From a bacterium (GTDB taxonomy: Bacteria > Orphanbacterota > Orphanbacteria > JBJXGV01): a stretch of DNA of 64,000 bases. The stretch's first letter is position 1. The number at the start of each line of letters is the position of its first letter. Positions 10,914 to 20,394 of this stretch are shown in pieces. Below the pieces are notes generated by a model that was given only the letters and a program-made list of their open reading frames with translations, was not told the DNA's origin and did no database searches. The stretch is taken from positions 12,076-76,075 of the forward strand of contig JBJXGV010000073.1 in assembly GCA_046160485.1 (NCBI GenBank), given 5' to 3'. The position numbers were made by a program, and so were the translations under genes.

Positions 10914-11963
10914 CTAGAAGTGGTAGCGGAGGCCGCCCGTCACGAGAACGCCCGAGAAGTCGAGCGTGACGGGGTTCCCGGGATCTCCGATCGTTCCGGA
11001 CGATCGCGACTCGAAGTCTGCTTCGAAGTCGACCCACGAGAGGGGCCTGTCGGTTTCGTTGATGGCTTTTATCTCGGAGTCGGCGTCGTACTTGAGGTCC
11101 GTGATTTCGGCCTTTCGGTACTCGGCTTCCAGCGTGAAGGAGATGAAGCGGGTGACGTAGACCTCGCCGCCGCCCTTGAGGTTGTACTGCTGCGACGATC
11201 CGGTCGCGCGGGACGTGGAGAAGTCGGGAACTCCTTCGAACGAGGGCACGAAGAGCTGCGAAGTCAGTGTGCCGCGGATAACGCCGACTCCGCCGCCGGC
11301 ATAGAACCCGAAGCGCCAGACCCGCCAGGGAAGCGTCACGAGCGCCCCGATTGAGCCGTCGATGATCTCGGCGTTTTCGTCGTAGCGGAAACCGGGCTGA
11401 GTGAAATAGCTCTTGGTGCCGGAACGGCCCACCTCGGCCTCGAGAGTGAGGATGGGAATCGGTCTGTAGCGGACGTCGCCGCGAACACGAAACGCGCTAT
11501 TCGGCTCCGAGGCGCCCTCATCACTCCATCCAAAGTCGAAGAGTCCGGCGCCGGCCTGCTCGGCGAATTGGCCGAAGAGTTGGCGGCCGAGCGCCTCCAT
11601 CGTTTGCACGCGCGAACGCACCTGATCTAGGTTCGCGTCGCCCGCGCCGACCGAGAACTGCAGGCTCCAGCGCCGATCCGGCTCGCGCTCCATTTTCTTG
11701 AGGTTCAGCACGACCGAGCCGCCGATCGGGTCGGGCTCGTAGATGTAGTCACGCATATTGACGTCGATCTTCTCGAGATTGATTTCGCGGTTCGGGCGGG
11801 CTTTCGACGCGGCGGGGGCGCTTGCGGCTGCGGATTGTTCAGGCGCGGGTGACGCGGGCGTCTGGGTGTCGGCATCGGCGGAGTCGGCGAGCGCCGGCGG
11901 AACGACAAGGCAAATGAGCGCGAATACGGCAGCGAAGACCTGGTGGCGATCACGACGCGACAC
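10914..11963 (-). CDS. Outer-membrane beta-barrel protein
   Basis: It has a signal peptide, alternating hydrophobic beta-strand patterns, and a C-terminus GGLRYHF whose terminal aromatic residue is an OMP insertion signal. Confidence 0.5.
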   Translation of the reverse strand: MSRRDRHQVFAAVFALICLVVPPALADSADADTQTPASPAPEQSAAASAPAASKARPNREINLEKIDVNMRDYIYEPDPIGGSVVLNLKKMEREPDRRWSLQFSVGAGDANLDQVRSRVQTMEALGRQLFGQFAEQAGAGLFDFGWSDEGASEPNSAFRVRGDVRYRPIPILTLEAEVGRSGTKSYFTQPGFRYDENAEIIDGSIGALVTLPWRVWRFGFYAGGGVGVIRGTLTSQLFVPSFEGVPDFSTSRATGSSQQYNLKGGGEVYVTRFISFTLEAEYRKAEITDLKYDADSEIKAINETDRPLSWVDFEADFESRSSGTIGDPGNPVTLDFSGVLVTGGLRYHF

Positions 11964-12042
11964 GAGTCAACCTCCTAAGAGCATCATTAGGCTGGGAGCG
12001 TGCTGCACTATAACGGAGCCGCGGGGACGCTGTCAATGAAAC

Positions 12043-12065
12043 GGGCGCCCTGCCTGCGGGCGCCC
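12043..12065 (-). terminator. Hairpin formed by two copies of the self-complementary GGGCGCCC, a putative terminator of the Hsp20 gene
   Basis: The sequence is GGGCGCCC-tgcctgc-GGGCGCCC. On the minus strand it is followed by GUUUCAUUG, about 70 nt after the Hsp20 stop. Confidence 0.35.
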
Positions 12066-12126
12066 GTCTTGGAGAATGCGCCGAGCCGAACCTCGTTGTG
12101 CGGAAGCGGCCGGCGTCCGGGTGCGC

Positions 12127-12576
12127 TTACTGGACTCGCACCTCGATTTGCTTGGGCTGCGACTCCTCCGACTTCGGGAGTGTGACGGTCAGGACCCCGT
12201 CCTTGTAGATTGCCTCGATTCTCTTGGCATCGATCGAGTTCGGAATCTGGAACGTCCGGGTGAACGCTCCGAAGCTTCGCTCGACCCGCGAGTAGCCCTT
12301 ATCCGACTCCGCCGTTTCGCGGTCGCGAGACCCGGTCACCGAAAGCGTTTCGTTCTGAACCGAGATCTTGATGTCCTCACGGCGCATCCCGGGAAGATCG
12401 ATCTTCACCGTGAAGTGCGCCGGCGCCTCGAGAACGTCCGTTGCGGGGAGCCAGTTTGCCGCGAGCGCTGGGGCACCGTTCCACGGCGCAGTGAACAGAT
12501 CCTGAATCATCGAGTCGAAGGCATCGTACGCGCGTTCGGTCGGCCTGGTCCGCGGGATCCACTTGACGAGTGTCAT
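12127..12576 (-). CDS. Hsp20/alpha-crystallin family small heat-shock protein
   Basis: It has an alpha-crystallin domain (FTVKIDLPGMRREDIKISVQNETLSVTGSR...GVLTVTLPK). Confidence 0.85.
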   Translation of the reverse strand: MTLVKWIPRTRPTERAYDAFDSMIQDLFTAPWNGAPALAANWLPATDVLEAPAHFTVKIDLPGMRREDIKISVQNETLSVTGSRDRETAESDKGYSRVERSFGAFTRTFQIPNSIDAKRIEAIYKDGVLTVTLPKSEESQPKQIEVRVQ

Positions 12577-12660
12577 TGAAAGCCTCCTTGCCCATCGCGG
12601 GCGTCTGCTTTGTGCTGGATTCGGGGCTCCGGTGGCCCCGGGTTTTCGAATCGCACGGAG

Positions 12661-12682
12661 GGTATAGCAGACGGCGTACCAA
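12661..12682 (-). promoter_or_regulatory. Sigma-54 (-24/-12) type promoter upstream of the Hsp20 gene
   Basis: The minus strand reads CTTGGTACGCCGTCTGCTATACC. GG and GC are spaced exactly as in TGGCACG-N4-TTGC. The 3' half TGCTATACC is shared with the second sigma-54-like promoter at 30245..30260. Confidence 0.45.
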
Positions 12683-12894
12683 GTTGAGGACGCCGCTGGC
12701 GGGGCACGGATAAAACAATAGCAAATAGGCTATTAGGACAACGATGGTCGTTTAGATTCGAAACGGGGGCGGCATGGCCGCTGCGGACACTACGCCGAAA
12801 CGGCGCGAGAAATTGCGGAGTCAAGCGCCGCAATGGCTGAGGTGCGAGCCATGTTTGGCACACGAATCACCCGTCGCAGAGCGGGTGCGACGGG

Positions 12895-14397
12895 TTACTC
12901 GTGCTCGGAGTGTTCGGGGTGCGTCCCCTCGGGATCCGCGCCCGGGAGTTGCCCCATCGCCTCGATGAGCGCAGCGCGGAGTTCGTCCGGCCGGTGGGAA
13001 ACCTCGAAGATGTCCGTCGAGTACTTGAACTCGGGGTCGTGATGATCCCGGTGACACGACCGGCACATCTTCTCTGTAACCGGTTCGAGCGCGAAGTGAG
13101 GCTTCACGGTCCGGTCGCCGCCGCTCGTGATCAGCTCGTAGTGCTCCTTCCCCGGCCCGTGGCAGATCTCGCACTGGACGTTCACGAGCTTCGGTGTCAC
13201 GTCTTTGTGGCGGAAGCCGTTCCAGTGGCCGAAGCCCGTCACGTGGCATCCGACGCACTCGGGGTCGGTATCCACCTCTTCCTTCACCATCGTTTCCCAC
13301 GCGGTTGCGTGGCGCGTCGTCAGCCACTGCTCGTGTTCCTCCGTGTGGCATCCCATGCAGGTCTCGACGCCGAGGTACATTTCCTTGTCCATGTCAGGCC
13401 AGTCCGGGATGATGTTCGCCTTTCGAATCGCGTTTCGATAATCGGTGACGAGCTTCAACATCGATTCATCATCCGGGTACGTGTCGGTGAGCGCGACGAG
13501 AGTTGCGACCGACCCAGTGACCTTCTTCTGCGGCGAGACCTTCGACTCGAGGATAGCGACCATCCGCCCCTGGTCCCCAGGCTGGATGATGCACGTCTTG
13601 CCCACGAAAACCGGCTCCTTGTTTCGGAAGTTCCCATGGCCGACGAGCATGAGGTCGATTCCGCCGACGCTGCGCGCGATCTCCTTCGCGACGTTCATGC
13701 CGGTGTGGGCGATGCAGATGATGATGTCCGTCTTGCCCCGCAACTCTTGCACCGCCGATCGCGCCGCGACGAGCGGGTCTTTGACGATCAACTCGCGATC
13801 GCCGTCTTTCTTCGGGGCGATCTTGGAGCCCTCGTCGAGCATCATGACGCTCGTCACGCCCACGCGTGCTCCTCCCACTGGAATTCCGAGCATGCTGCGC
13901 GCGCCGAGGCGCGTCGTCGCATACGGCTTCGTGAAGAGCTCGCCGCTTTCGGCATCGTGCAGGTTCGCGCAGATGAGATTGAGGCCCTTGCGGTTCGTCA
14001 GATCGAGGATGTAGTTCTGCCCCTGCAGGAGATCGAGTTCGCCGAGGCCGCAGATCTCGTAGCCGAGCTGCTTGAGCCCTTCGTAGTAGTACTCGGCCTT
14101 GATCGAGTCTTGCAGCTTCTCGCCGCTGATGTTGTCGCCCCCGTCGAGCAGCATGACCATTCCGCGCTCGCCGAAGTTTTTTGCCGCGATGTACGCTGCG
14201 CGTCGTGGCAGACCGCCCGACTGAGCGTGGCTTCAACCACAGGGTTCGAGGTAGCCGAGCGCGTCCGATGAAAAGAAGACGCGAAGCTTCGACATGTCGA
14301 CGTCGGAAGTGCCCGAACACGAAGTGATGACGGCGGCCGCTACCACCACGATGAACCCGAACACCGCCGCGGGCGTTCGCCCGTTCCATTTCTTCAT
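12895..14397 (-). CDS. Lipoprotein: 5'-nucleotidase-like metallophosphatase fused to a tetraheme cytochrome c domain. A single in-frame TGA at 14233..14235 interrupts the frame and is a candidate selenocysteine codon
   Basis: From the ATG at 14397 the N-terminus reads MKKWNGRTPAAVFGFIVVVAAAVITSCSGTS...VFFSSDALGYLEPCG-[TGA]-SHAQSGGLPRRAAYIAAKNFGERGMVMLLDGGDNISG. This gives a signal peptide plus lipobox, then a degenerate metallophosphatase motif I, then the canonical 5'-nucleotidase motif II (GGL...LLDGGDN) in the same frame on both sides of the TGA. The C-terminal third carries four CxxCH heme sites (CMGCH, CVGCH, CEICH, CRSCH). A hairpin GUCG-GGC-GGUCU-GCC-A-CGAC begins 11 nt after the UGA. 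Confidence 0.6.
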
Positions 14398-14454
14398 AGC
14401 GTCATCCTACACCGGATCCGATATCTGGTTTCGAGTTCATTCTCGCGAGTTCGC

Positions 14455-16482
14455 CTATGGGATCTCGATGCGGAGGATTCGGTCCTGCTCGGTGATGGCA
14501 TCGACGACATCTTGCCCCGCGAGCACGCGGCCGAAGAGCGTGTAACGCCCCTCGAGATGGTGTTGCGCCGAGTGCGTGATGAAGAACTGGCTCCCGCCCG
14601 TGTCCTTACCCGCGTGCGCCATGCCGACGGCTCCCGCGCTGAAGCGCTCCTCGCCGATCTCGCACCGGATCGTGTAGCCGGCCGAGCCCCAGCCGTCGCC
14701 GCGCGGGCAGCCAGCCTGGATGACGAAACTCGGAACGACACGATGAAAGCGGATGCCGTTGTAGAAACCGCTTCGCGCTAGGGCAAGGAAGTTCGACACG
14801 GTGCTCGGGCATTCGTCGCCGAAGAGTTCGATCTCGATGGCGCCGCGATCCGTGACGATGCGGGCACGCGGCGACCCGAGCGGCAGGCCGAAGTCGGCCG
14901 CGTAACCCGACGCGTCGCGCTCGTCGGGGCGCGCGGCGAGCGGCTCCCCCGTCAGGCTGGCGAGCGCGTCCGCGGCGGCGCGCCGCACGATCACGTCGTC
15001 GTCGTCGAGCGCGGCGCGAAGCGGGCCGAGCGCGGCCTGGTCGCCGATTTGGCCGAGCGCCGCGGCGATCGAGGCTCGCAGTTCGGCGTCGTCCGGTGCG
15101 CGGCGCGCCACGAGGACTCGAGAGAGCGCGGCGACCACGGAGTCGCTGCGACGCTCGCCCAACGCGCCCGCGGCCACCGTCGCGACGACCCAATCCGGAT
15201 CATTGAGCGCCTTGATGATCAGAGCTTCGTCGCGCGGATCGCCGAACGCCGCAAGTGCGTCGACCGCACTGGCGCGCACGGCTCGGCGTTCGTCGCCGCA
15301 GAGGCGGCGCACGAGCGGGTGGAAGCCCTCGTCTTTCGTCGCACCGAATGAACTCACGACCTTCGCGACGACGAAGGGATCGGCGTCGTGCAGAAAGGGA
15401 TCGAGCGCTGCGGGCGCGCCGCGCGTGGCTGGGGCGAGCGCACTCGATCCGGCGCGTTGCGCGAGCGCGATTCCGGCGCGAAACCGAATGCCGGGGGCGG
15501 CGTCGCTCGCAAGACGTGCGAGCGCGGCTTGCAGCGACGCCTCCGATGATGGCGTCACGTTGCGGAGTGCGCCGAGCGCGGAAACTGCCGCTTCGCGAAC
15601 GTTTACCGACGGATCGTTGAGCGCTTGGAGCAGATCGCCCGCGGCAAGGCCGGTTGCCGTGGATTCGGCCGCGCGCGCGGCGACAGCACGCAAACGCCAA
15701 TCCGGATCCGCGAGGCCGGAGGCGATCGCGCGGTGAAGACGCGCATCCCCCGCAAGCCCCTCACCAAGACGGCCAACCGCGCGATATGCGAAGTAGCGAA
15801 CGCTAGGATCGGGGTCGCGCGTCAGGCGGAGCGCGCCGGCGGCACCGCGGCTGTCGGCGAGTCGTTCGAGCGCGTGAAGCGATTGGCCGCGGACGCCCGC
15901 GTGCGGGTCGTCGAGTGCGGCGATCAGCGCAGGAACCGCGGTGGAATCCCCGCTGCGCGACAGCGCGAACGCCGCGGCTTCGCGACGGCGCCCTTCGCCG
16001 TGCCGCAGAAAAGCAGCGACTCGCCCCGTCGTCCCGGCGGCGTGAATTTTTCCGAGCGCGACGAGAGCACGCTCCGCAAGATCGGTGTTCGACGATGCGG
16101 TAGCCAGGAGCAGCGCGGGCGCGGCGTCCGCGGAACCAATCTGCCCGAGCGCGTACGCTGCGGCGCAGGCGACGCGGGCGTCGGGGTCCGCGAGCAGGGG
16201 CGTTAAAAGAGGCGCGCTCTTCGCATCTTGAATTCGGCCGAGTGCGACGACGGCCCTGCGTCGGGTCTCGCCGCCTGCGTTCTTAAGAAACTGAGCAAGC
16301 CGCGGATCGTTGCCGTTCCGCTGGTCTTCGATGATCGCGATCGTTCGCGCTGCGGCGTGCTCGGAGTTCGCGGGGTCCTCGGCGCTCGGCACCGGGGCGG
16401 CACGCGCCACGACGACCATGCCGCAAGCAACAAGACTCGCGGCAACGGTCAATGCGATTGAGGATCGGCGCACGTGGCCCAT
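14455..16482 (-). CDS. Secreted HEAT-repeat (PBS-lyase-like) protein fused to a C-terminal cyclophilin-type peptidyl-prolyl isomerase
   Basis: After a signal peptide come many repeats of ...D.D..VR..A..ALG.IG... (HEAT/PBS-lyase type). The last roughly 170 aa match cyclophilin (GFYNGIRFHRVVPSFVIQAGCP...GSQFFITHS...RYTLFGRV). Confidence 0.7.
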   Translation of the reverse strand: MGHVRRSSIALTVAASLVACGMVVVARAAPVPSAEDPANSEHAAARTIAIIEDQRNGNDPRLAQFLKNAGGETRRRAVVALGRIQDAKSAPLLTPLLADPDARVACAAAYALGQIGSADAAPALLLATASSNTDLAERALVALGKIHAAGTTGRVAAFLRHGEGRRREAAAFALSRSGDSTAVPALIAALDDPHAGVRGQSLHALERLADSRGAAGALRLTRDPDPSVRYFAYRAVGRLGEGLAGDARLHRAIASGLADPDWRLRAVAARAAESTATGLAAGDLLQALNDPSVNVREAAVSALGALRNVTPSSEASLQAALARLASDAAPGIRFRAGIALAQRAGSSALAPATRGAPAALDPFLHDADPFVVAKVVSSFGATKDEGFHPLVRRLCGDERRAVRASAVDALAAFGDPRDEALIIKALNDPDWVVATVAAGALGERRSDSVVAALSRVLVARRAPDDAELRASIAAALGQIGDQAALGPLRAALDDDDVIVRRAAADALASLTGEPLAARPDERDASGYAADFGLPLGSPRARIVTDRGAIEIELFGDECPSTVSNFLALARSGFYNGIRFHRVVPSFVIQAGCPRGDGWGSAGYTIRCEIGEERFSAGAVGMAHAGKDTGGSQFFITHSAQHHLEGRYTLFGRVLAGQDVVDAITEQDRILRIEIP

Positions 16483-16520
16483 GTTATCCGAGTTTCACGG
16501 TCGATACGAGCGCGGCGCGC

Positions 16521-16748
16521 CTAAGCTTTCTTTTCTCGCTCCTCGGCGAGTTTGAGCGCCTCCGTCAGGTTCTGCAGCAGCGTCGCGATGTGGAATCGCA
16601 CAACGCGCGTCTCCTCGGGCGGCGCTTCCTTCAGCCAGCGAGAAAGTTCCGCGAGGCTGTCTTCTCTTTCGAGAACCTTGACGAGGTCTTTGAACGCGGC
16701 GAGGCCGAGTTCCTTGTCGACTTGGCGGTCGTATTTGTCTTCTTTCAT
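16521..16748 (-). CDS. Small charged hypothetical protein (75 aa)
   Basis: The internal start MKEDKYDRQVDKE has a GGAGAAG RBS. The sequence is a predicted helical, lysine/glutamate-rich protein with no recognisable motif. Confidence 0.35.
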   Translation of the reverse strand: MKEDKYDRQVDKELGLAAFKDLVKVLEREDSLAELSRWLKEAPPEETRVVRFHIATLLQNLTEALKLAEEREKKA

Positions 16749-16928
16749 TTGCTTCTCCTCCGCCGGCACACTCGAAGGGGCGTTGCATGAGCCCCGCTCA
16801 TTCACGAAGAACTTTTCAACCAAAAAGACAAACGGGGCCACGATACTAACAATTCGCCGCGAACACGGTCAATCGGTTTCCCTCGCGGTTTCTCTCGCAC
16901 GCACGACGTATCGCGTTGTCGCGGGCGT

Positions 16929-18374
16929 CTAGCCTTTGATGACGATGATCGGTTGCAAGCGAGCGACGCGGCGAGAGATCCCGGCGCCGGCGACGGTATC
17001 GACGACATCGCCAACGTTCTTATACGCGAGCGGCGCTTCTTCGCCCAACGTGGCGCGCTCCTTCGCGCGCACGACGACACCTTGCTCGCGAAGCTCTTTC
17101 TCGAGCGCGCCGATATCGACGCGACGTCTGGCGTCACCGCGGCTTCGCAAGCGCCCAGCGCCGTGACACGACGATCCGAAAGACTCCGCCATCGACTGCT
17201 CTGTGCCGACGAGCACAAACGATCCGCGCCCCATGTCGCCGGGTATGAGAACCGGCTGGCCGGAGTCGCGATACGCGTCCGGAATTTGCGCGTGCCCCGG
17301 CGGGAATGCGCGCGTTGCGCCCTTGCGATGCACGCACACACGTACGTTCTTTCCGCCGACACTGTGCGTTTCGAACTTTGCCATGTTGTGCGACACGTCG
17401 TACACGAGGCGAAGTCCGAGCTGGCCGATTCCGATACCGAAGACACGCGCGATGCTCTCCGCGGCGCGAACCATCAGAAGCTGCCGGTTCGCCCACGCGA
17501 AATTCGCCGCCGCGTTCATGGCGCCGATGTATCGTTCGCCGCTCGACGAGCGGATCGGCGCGCACACGAGCTGCCGGTCGGGAATATCCGGAAATCGCGC
17601 GGTGAATTCGCGCATCATCGCGCGAATCGAGTCGTCGCACACTTGGTGTCCGAGGCCCCGCGAGCCGCAGTGAATCAGGATCGCAGATTGTCCGAGATCC
17701 AAGCCGAATTTACGCGCGACGCCGGCATCGAAGATTTCAGAAACGAAATCGATCTCGAGAAAATGATTTCCGGAACCGAGGCTCCCGAGTTGGTTGCGTC
17801 CGCGCTCCCATGCACGCTCGCTGAGACACTCGGGGTCGGCGCCTGCGATGCATCCGTTCTCTTCGCAGTGATCAAGATCGGACGAGTGACCGATTCCTCT
17901 GCCGACGAGGTAGCGCGCTCCCTTGCGAAGTACCGCGGTTTCGTCGAGACGCGAGAGCGCGATCGACGAACCAGCGCCGACGCCGCACGGAATGTCGCGC
18001 GTGAGCGCGGATGCGACGGCATCGGCGCGCGCGGCGATCTCCTCGCGAGGGATGTTGATCGTCGCGAGACGGACGCCGCAGTTGATGTCGTAGCCGACGC
18101 CGCCTGGCGAGATCACTCCATCATCGACGTCCATCGCGGCGACGCCGCCGATCGGGAAGCCGTAGCCCCAGTGGATGTCGGGCATCGCCATCGAGTAGCG
18201 AAGAATGCCCGGCAGATGCGCCACGTTCGCGACCTGCTGCGGGCTCTGGTCTTTCTCGATGTCGGGAAGCATCGATTCGCGCGCGAAGATGAGTCCCGGT
18301 ACGCGCATCTTGCCGACGCGCGGAATCTCCCACCGGAATGTGTCGAGTTGTTTGTAGTAGATGCCCTTCATCAC
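16929..18374 (-). CDS. rtcB: RNA-splicing ligase RtcB
   Basis: The RtcB signatures GYDINCGVR, the metal-binding HCGSRGLGHQ, and the catalytic His context HNMAKFE are present over the full length. Confidence 0.9.
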   Translation of the reverse strand: MMKGIYYKQLDTFRWEIPRVGKMRVPGLIFARESMLPDIEKDQSPQQVANVAHLPGILRYSMAMPDIHWGYGFPIGGVAAMDVDDGVISPGGVGYDINCGVRLATINIPREEIAARADAVASALTRDIPCGVGAGSSIALSRLDETAVLRKGARYLVGRGIGHSSDLDHCEENGCIAGADPECLSERAWERGRNQLGSLGSGNHFLEIDFVSEIFDAGVARKFGLDLGQSAILIHCGSRGLGHQVCDDSIRAMMREFTARFPDIPDRQLVCAPIRSSSGERYIGAMNAAANFAWANRQLLMVRAAESIARVFGIGIGQLGLRLVYDVSHNMAKFETHSVGGKNVRVCVHRKGATRAFPPGHAQIPDAYRDSGQPVLIPGDMGRGSFVLVGTEQSMAESFGSSCHGAGRLRSRGDARRRVDIGALEKELREQGVVVRAKERATLGEEAPLAYKNVGDVVDTVAGAGISRRVARLQPIIVIKG

Positions 18375-18381
18375 GCGCTCA

Positions 18382-18864
18382 TCAGAGGTCGAGAAGTACG
18401 GTTGCTTCCCACGCGCCCGCGATGTCGCGAATCGAGAGACGATGGTAGGTCGCGGCCTTCACTTCTTTGTGGAGCGCGTGGCGCTTCGTATCGATCGCCT
18501 CGCCCCGCGCCGTCGCCTCGATCGCGGTATCAGAGATGTGCGTGATGTCGAACTCCCGGAAGAAGAGCGCCTCCGCGCTCGCGGCGCCGATGAGTTCGTT
18601 GAGCCACACCGCGAGGAGTTCCTCGCGATTCGGTGCGGCGCATGCGATGGGCCGCGCGGTTCGCAGTTCGACGCGATCCAGATCGGTCATGAGCGCGAAC
18701 GTGGCGCGCGCAGCCGCCGCAAAGAGCGCGCGCATGCCGGTCGCGCGAATCCGCAGCAGAGCGTCACTCGGGTGATCTTCCTCTTCGAACTCGGAACTCA
18801 ATGATTTGCTCACGATCGCCGAAAAGTGGTCGAAGTCCAAGAATGGCTCACCGTCAATTGACAC
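18382..18864 (-). CDS. Archease (RtcB activator)
   Basis: The 160-aa protein has N-terminal FEEEDHPSDALLRIRATGMRALFAAAA (archease H-x-x-D motif) and C-terminal KAATYHRLSI...GAWEATVLLDL. It lies immediately upstream of rtcB, 7 nt away on the same strand. Confidence 0.75.
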   Translation of the reverse strand: MSIDGEPFLDFDHFSAIVSKSLSSEFEEEDHPSDALLRIRATGMRALFAAAARATFALMTDLDRVELRTARPIACAAPNREELLAVWLNELIGAASAEALFFREFDITHISDTAIEATARGEAIDTKRHALHKEVKAATYHRLSIRDIAGAWEATVLLDL

Positions 18865-18917
18865 TCGACGACGGCCGCTGATATTCTCGCAGCCGCTCTC
18901 ACGGAAGGAAAGCCCAG

Positions 18918-20309
18918 ATGACAGAGCCCACGGACTCCGGAAAACCCGTCTACTTCGAAAACGTTCTTGCCGCCGTCGGCAACACGCCGCTCGTGCGCTT
19001 GAACCGCATCGTCGGCAAACACGACTCCCTTCTCCTCGCGAAGATTGAAAGCTTCAATCCCGGCGGCAGCGTCAAGGATCGCATCGGACGCAACATCGTC
19101 GACGAGGCCGAGAAGAGCGGACGGCTCAAGCCCGGCGGAACGATCGTCGAGGCGACGTCCGGCAACACGGGCGTTGGTCTCGCACTCGTCGCGGCGGTGC
19201 GCGGCTACAAACTCGTCTGCGCGATGCCGGACAAGATGAGCAAGGAGAAGATCAATCTGCTGAAGGCGTACGGCACGCGCGTCGTGGTTTGTCCGACGAA
19301 CGTCGCGCCGGACTCGCCGGACTCGTACTACGAAGTGGCGCGGCGCATCGCGCGCGAGACACCGAACGCGATCCTCGCGAACCAGTATCACAATCAGGAG
19401 AACCCGCGCTCGCACTACATCTCGACCGGCCCCGAGATTTGGCGGCAGACGGCGGGAAAGATCACGCACTTCGTCGGCGGAATCGGGACAGGCGGAACGA
19501 TGAGCGGTACCGGGCGCTATCTGAAAGAGATGAATCCGAACGTCAAAGTGATTTGCGCGGATCCGGAAGGATCGATCCTGAAGGAATATTTCCTGACGAA
19601 GAATATCGGTGAAGCGCGGCCTTACCTCATCGAGGGGATCGGCGAGGACATCATTCCGACGACGGTTCACTTTCAGTATTTCGACGAGATTCGCAGTATC
19701 AACGATCGCGAGGCGATCGACATCACGCGGCGACTCTCGCGCGAGGAAGGGATTCTGATCGGAACGAGCGGCGGCGCGGCGGTTGTCGCGGCGTGCCAGG
19801 TTGCGCGCGAAACGTCCGCTGACGCGGTCATCGTCGTCATTCTTCCGGATTCTGGCGAGCGCTACCTCTCGAAGGTTCACAACGACGCTTGGATGCAGGA
19901 CCAGGGACTGCTCTCGGCGAATGCCGTGTCGCTGCGCGAGGTGGTCGCGAGGAAGTCGGCGAGCATTCCGCGGCTCATCACCGCCGATGCCGCGGATACG
20001 ACGCGAATCGCCGTGGCAATCATGGAGCAGCACAACGTCTCGCAGCTTCCGATCGTCGAGGGCGGCGATCTTGTCGGCGCGATGTCGGAGGCTGGCGTGA
20101 TGGGTGCGGCGCTGCGCGATCCGGGGCTGCTCAACAGAGCGTGCCGCGACACGATGGAGCCGCCGTTCCCGCGCGCGCAGGCCGAAGAGAGCGTACAGCG
20201 AGCGATCGATCTGTTCACGAAGGGCGCCCATGCGGTGATTGTCGAAGACGCGCGGTCGCCGGTTGGGATCGTCACGCGCTTCGACGTGCTCGGGATCGCC
20301 GCAAACTGA
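18918..20309 (+). CDS. Cystathionine beta-synthase (PLP fold-type II catalytic domain plus C-terminal CBS pair)
   Basis: It has the PLP-Lys region NPGGSVKDR, the GNTG loop, and a C-terminal Bateman (CBS) domain pair (VSQLPIVEGGDLVGAMSE...). Confidence 0.85.
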   Translation: MTEPTDSGKPVYFENVLAAVGNTPLVRLNRIVGKHDSLLLAKIESFNPGGSVKDRIGRNIVDEAEKSGRLKPGGTIVEATSGNTGVGLALVAAVRGYKLVCAMPDKMSKEKINLLKAYGTRVVVCPTNVAPDSPDSYYEVARRIARETPNAILANQYHNQENPRSHYISTGPEIWRQTAGKITHFVGGIGTGGTMSGTGRYLKEMNPNVKVICADPEGSILKEYFLTKNIGEARPYLIEGIGEDIIPTTVHFQYFDEIRSINDREAIDITRRLSREEGILIGTSGGAAVVAACQVARETSADAVIVVILPDSGERYLSKVHNDAWMQDQGLLSANAVSLREVVARKSASIPRLITADAADTTRIAVAIMEQHNVSQLPIVEGGDLVGAMSEAGVMGAALRDPGLLNRACRDTMEPPFPRAQAEESVQRAIDLFTKGAHAVIVEDARSPVGIVTRFDVLGIAAN

Positions 20310-20394
20310 AATCGCTCACATCGATCCACTCCGGTAGTGCGCGCAGCTCGCGGTCGGCGCGGCATGCCGCTGCCAAACAACAACGCGAGGTGAC

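Noticed and set aside
13469-14389. The 306-aa minus-strand ORF and several other long Arg/Ala-rich ORFs (for example 13194..13412 and 13445..14014) overlap the metallophosphatase/cytochrome gene
   Set aside because: They are alternate-frame artefacts typical of high-GC DNA. They have low-complexity R/A/G-rich composition and no motifs. The frame chosen is the one carrying the signal peptide, the 5'-nucleotidase motif II and four CxxCH sites.
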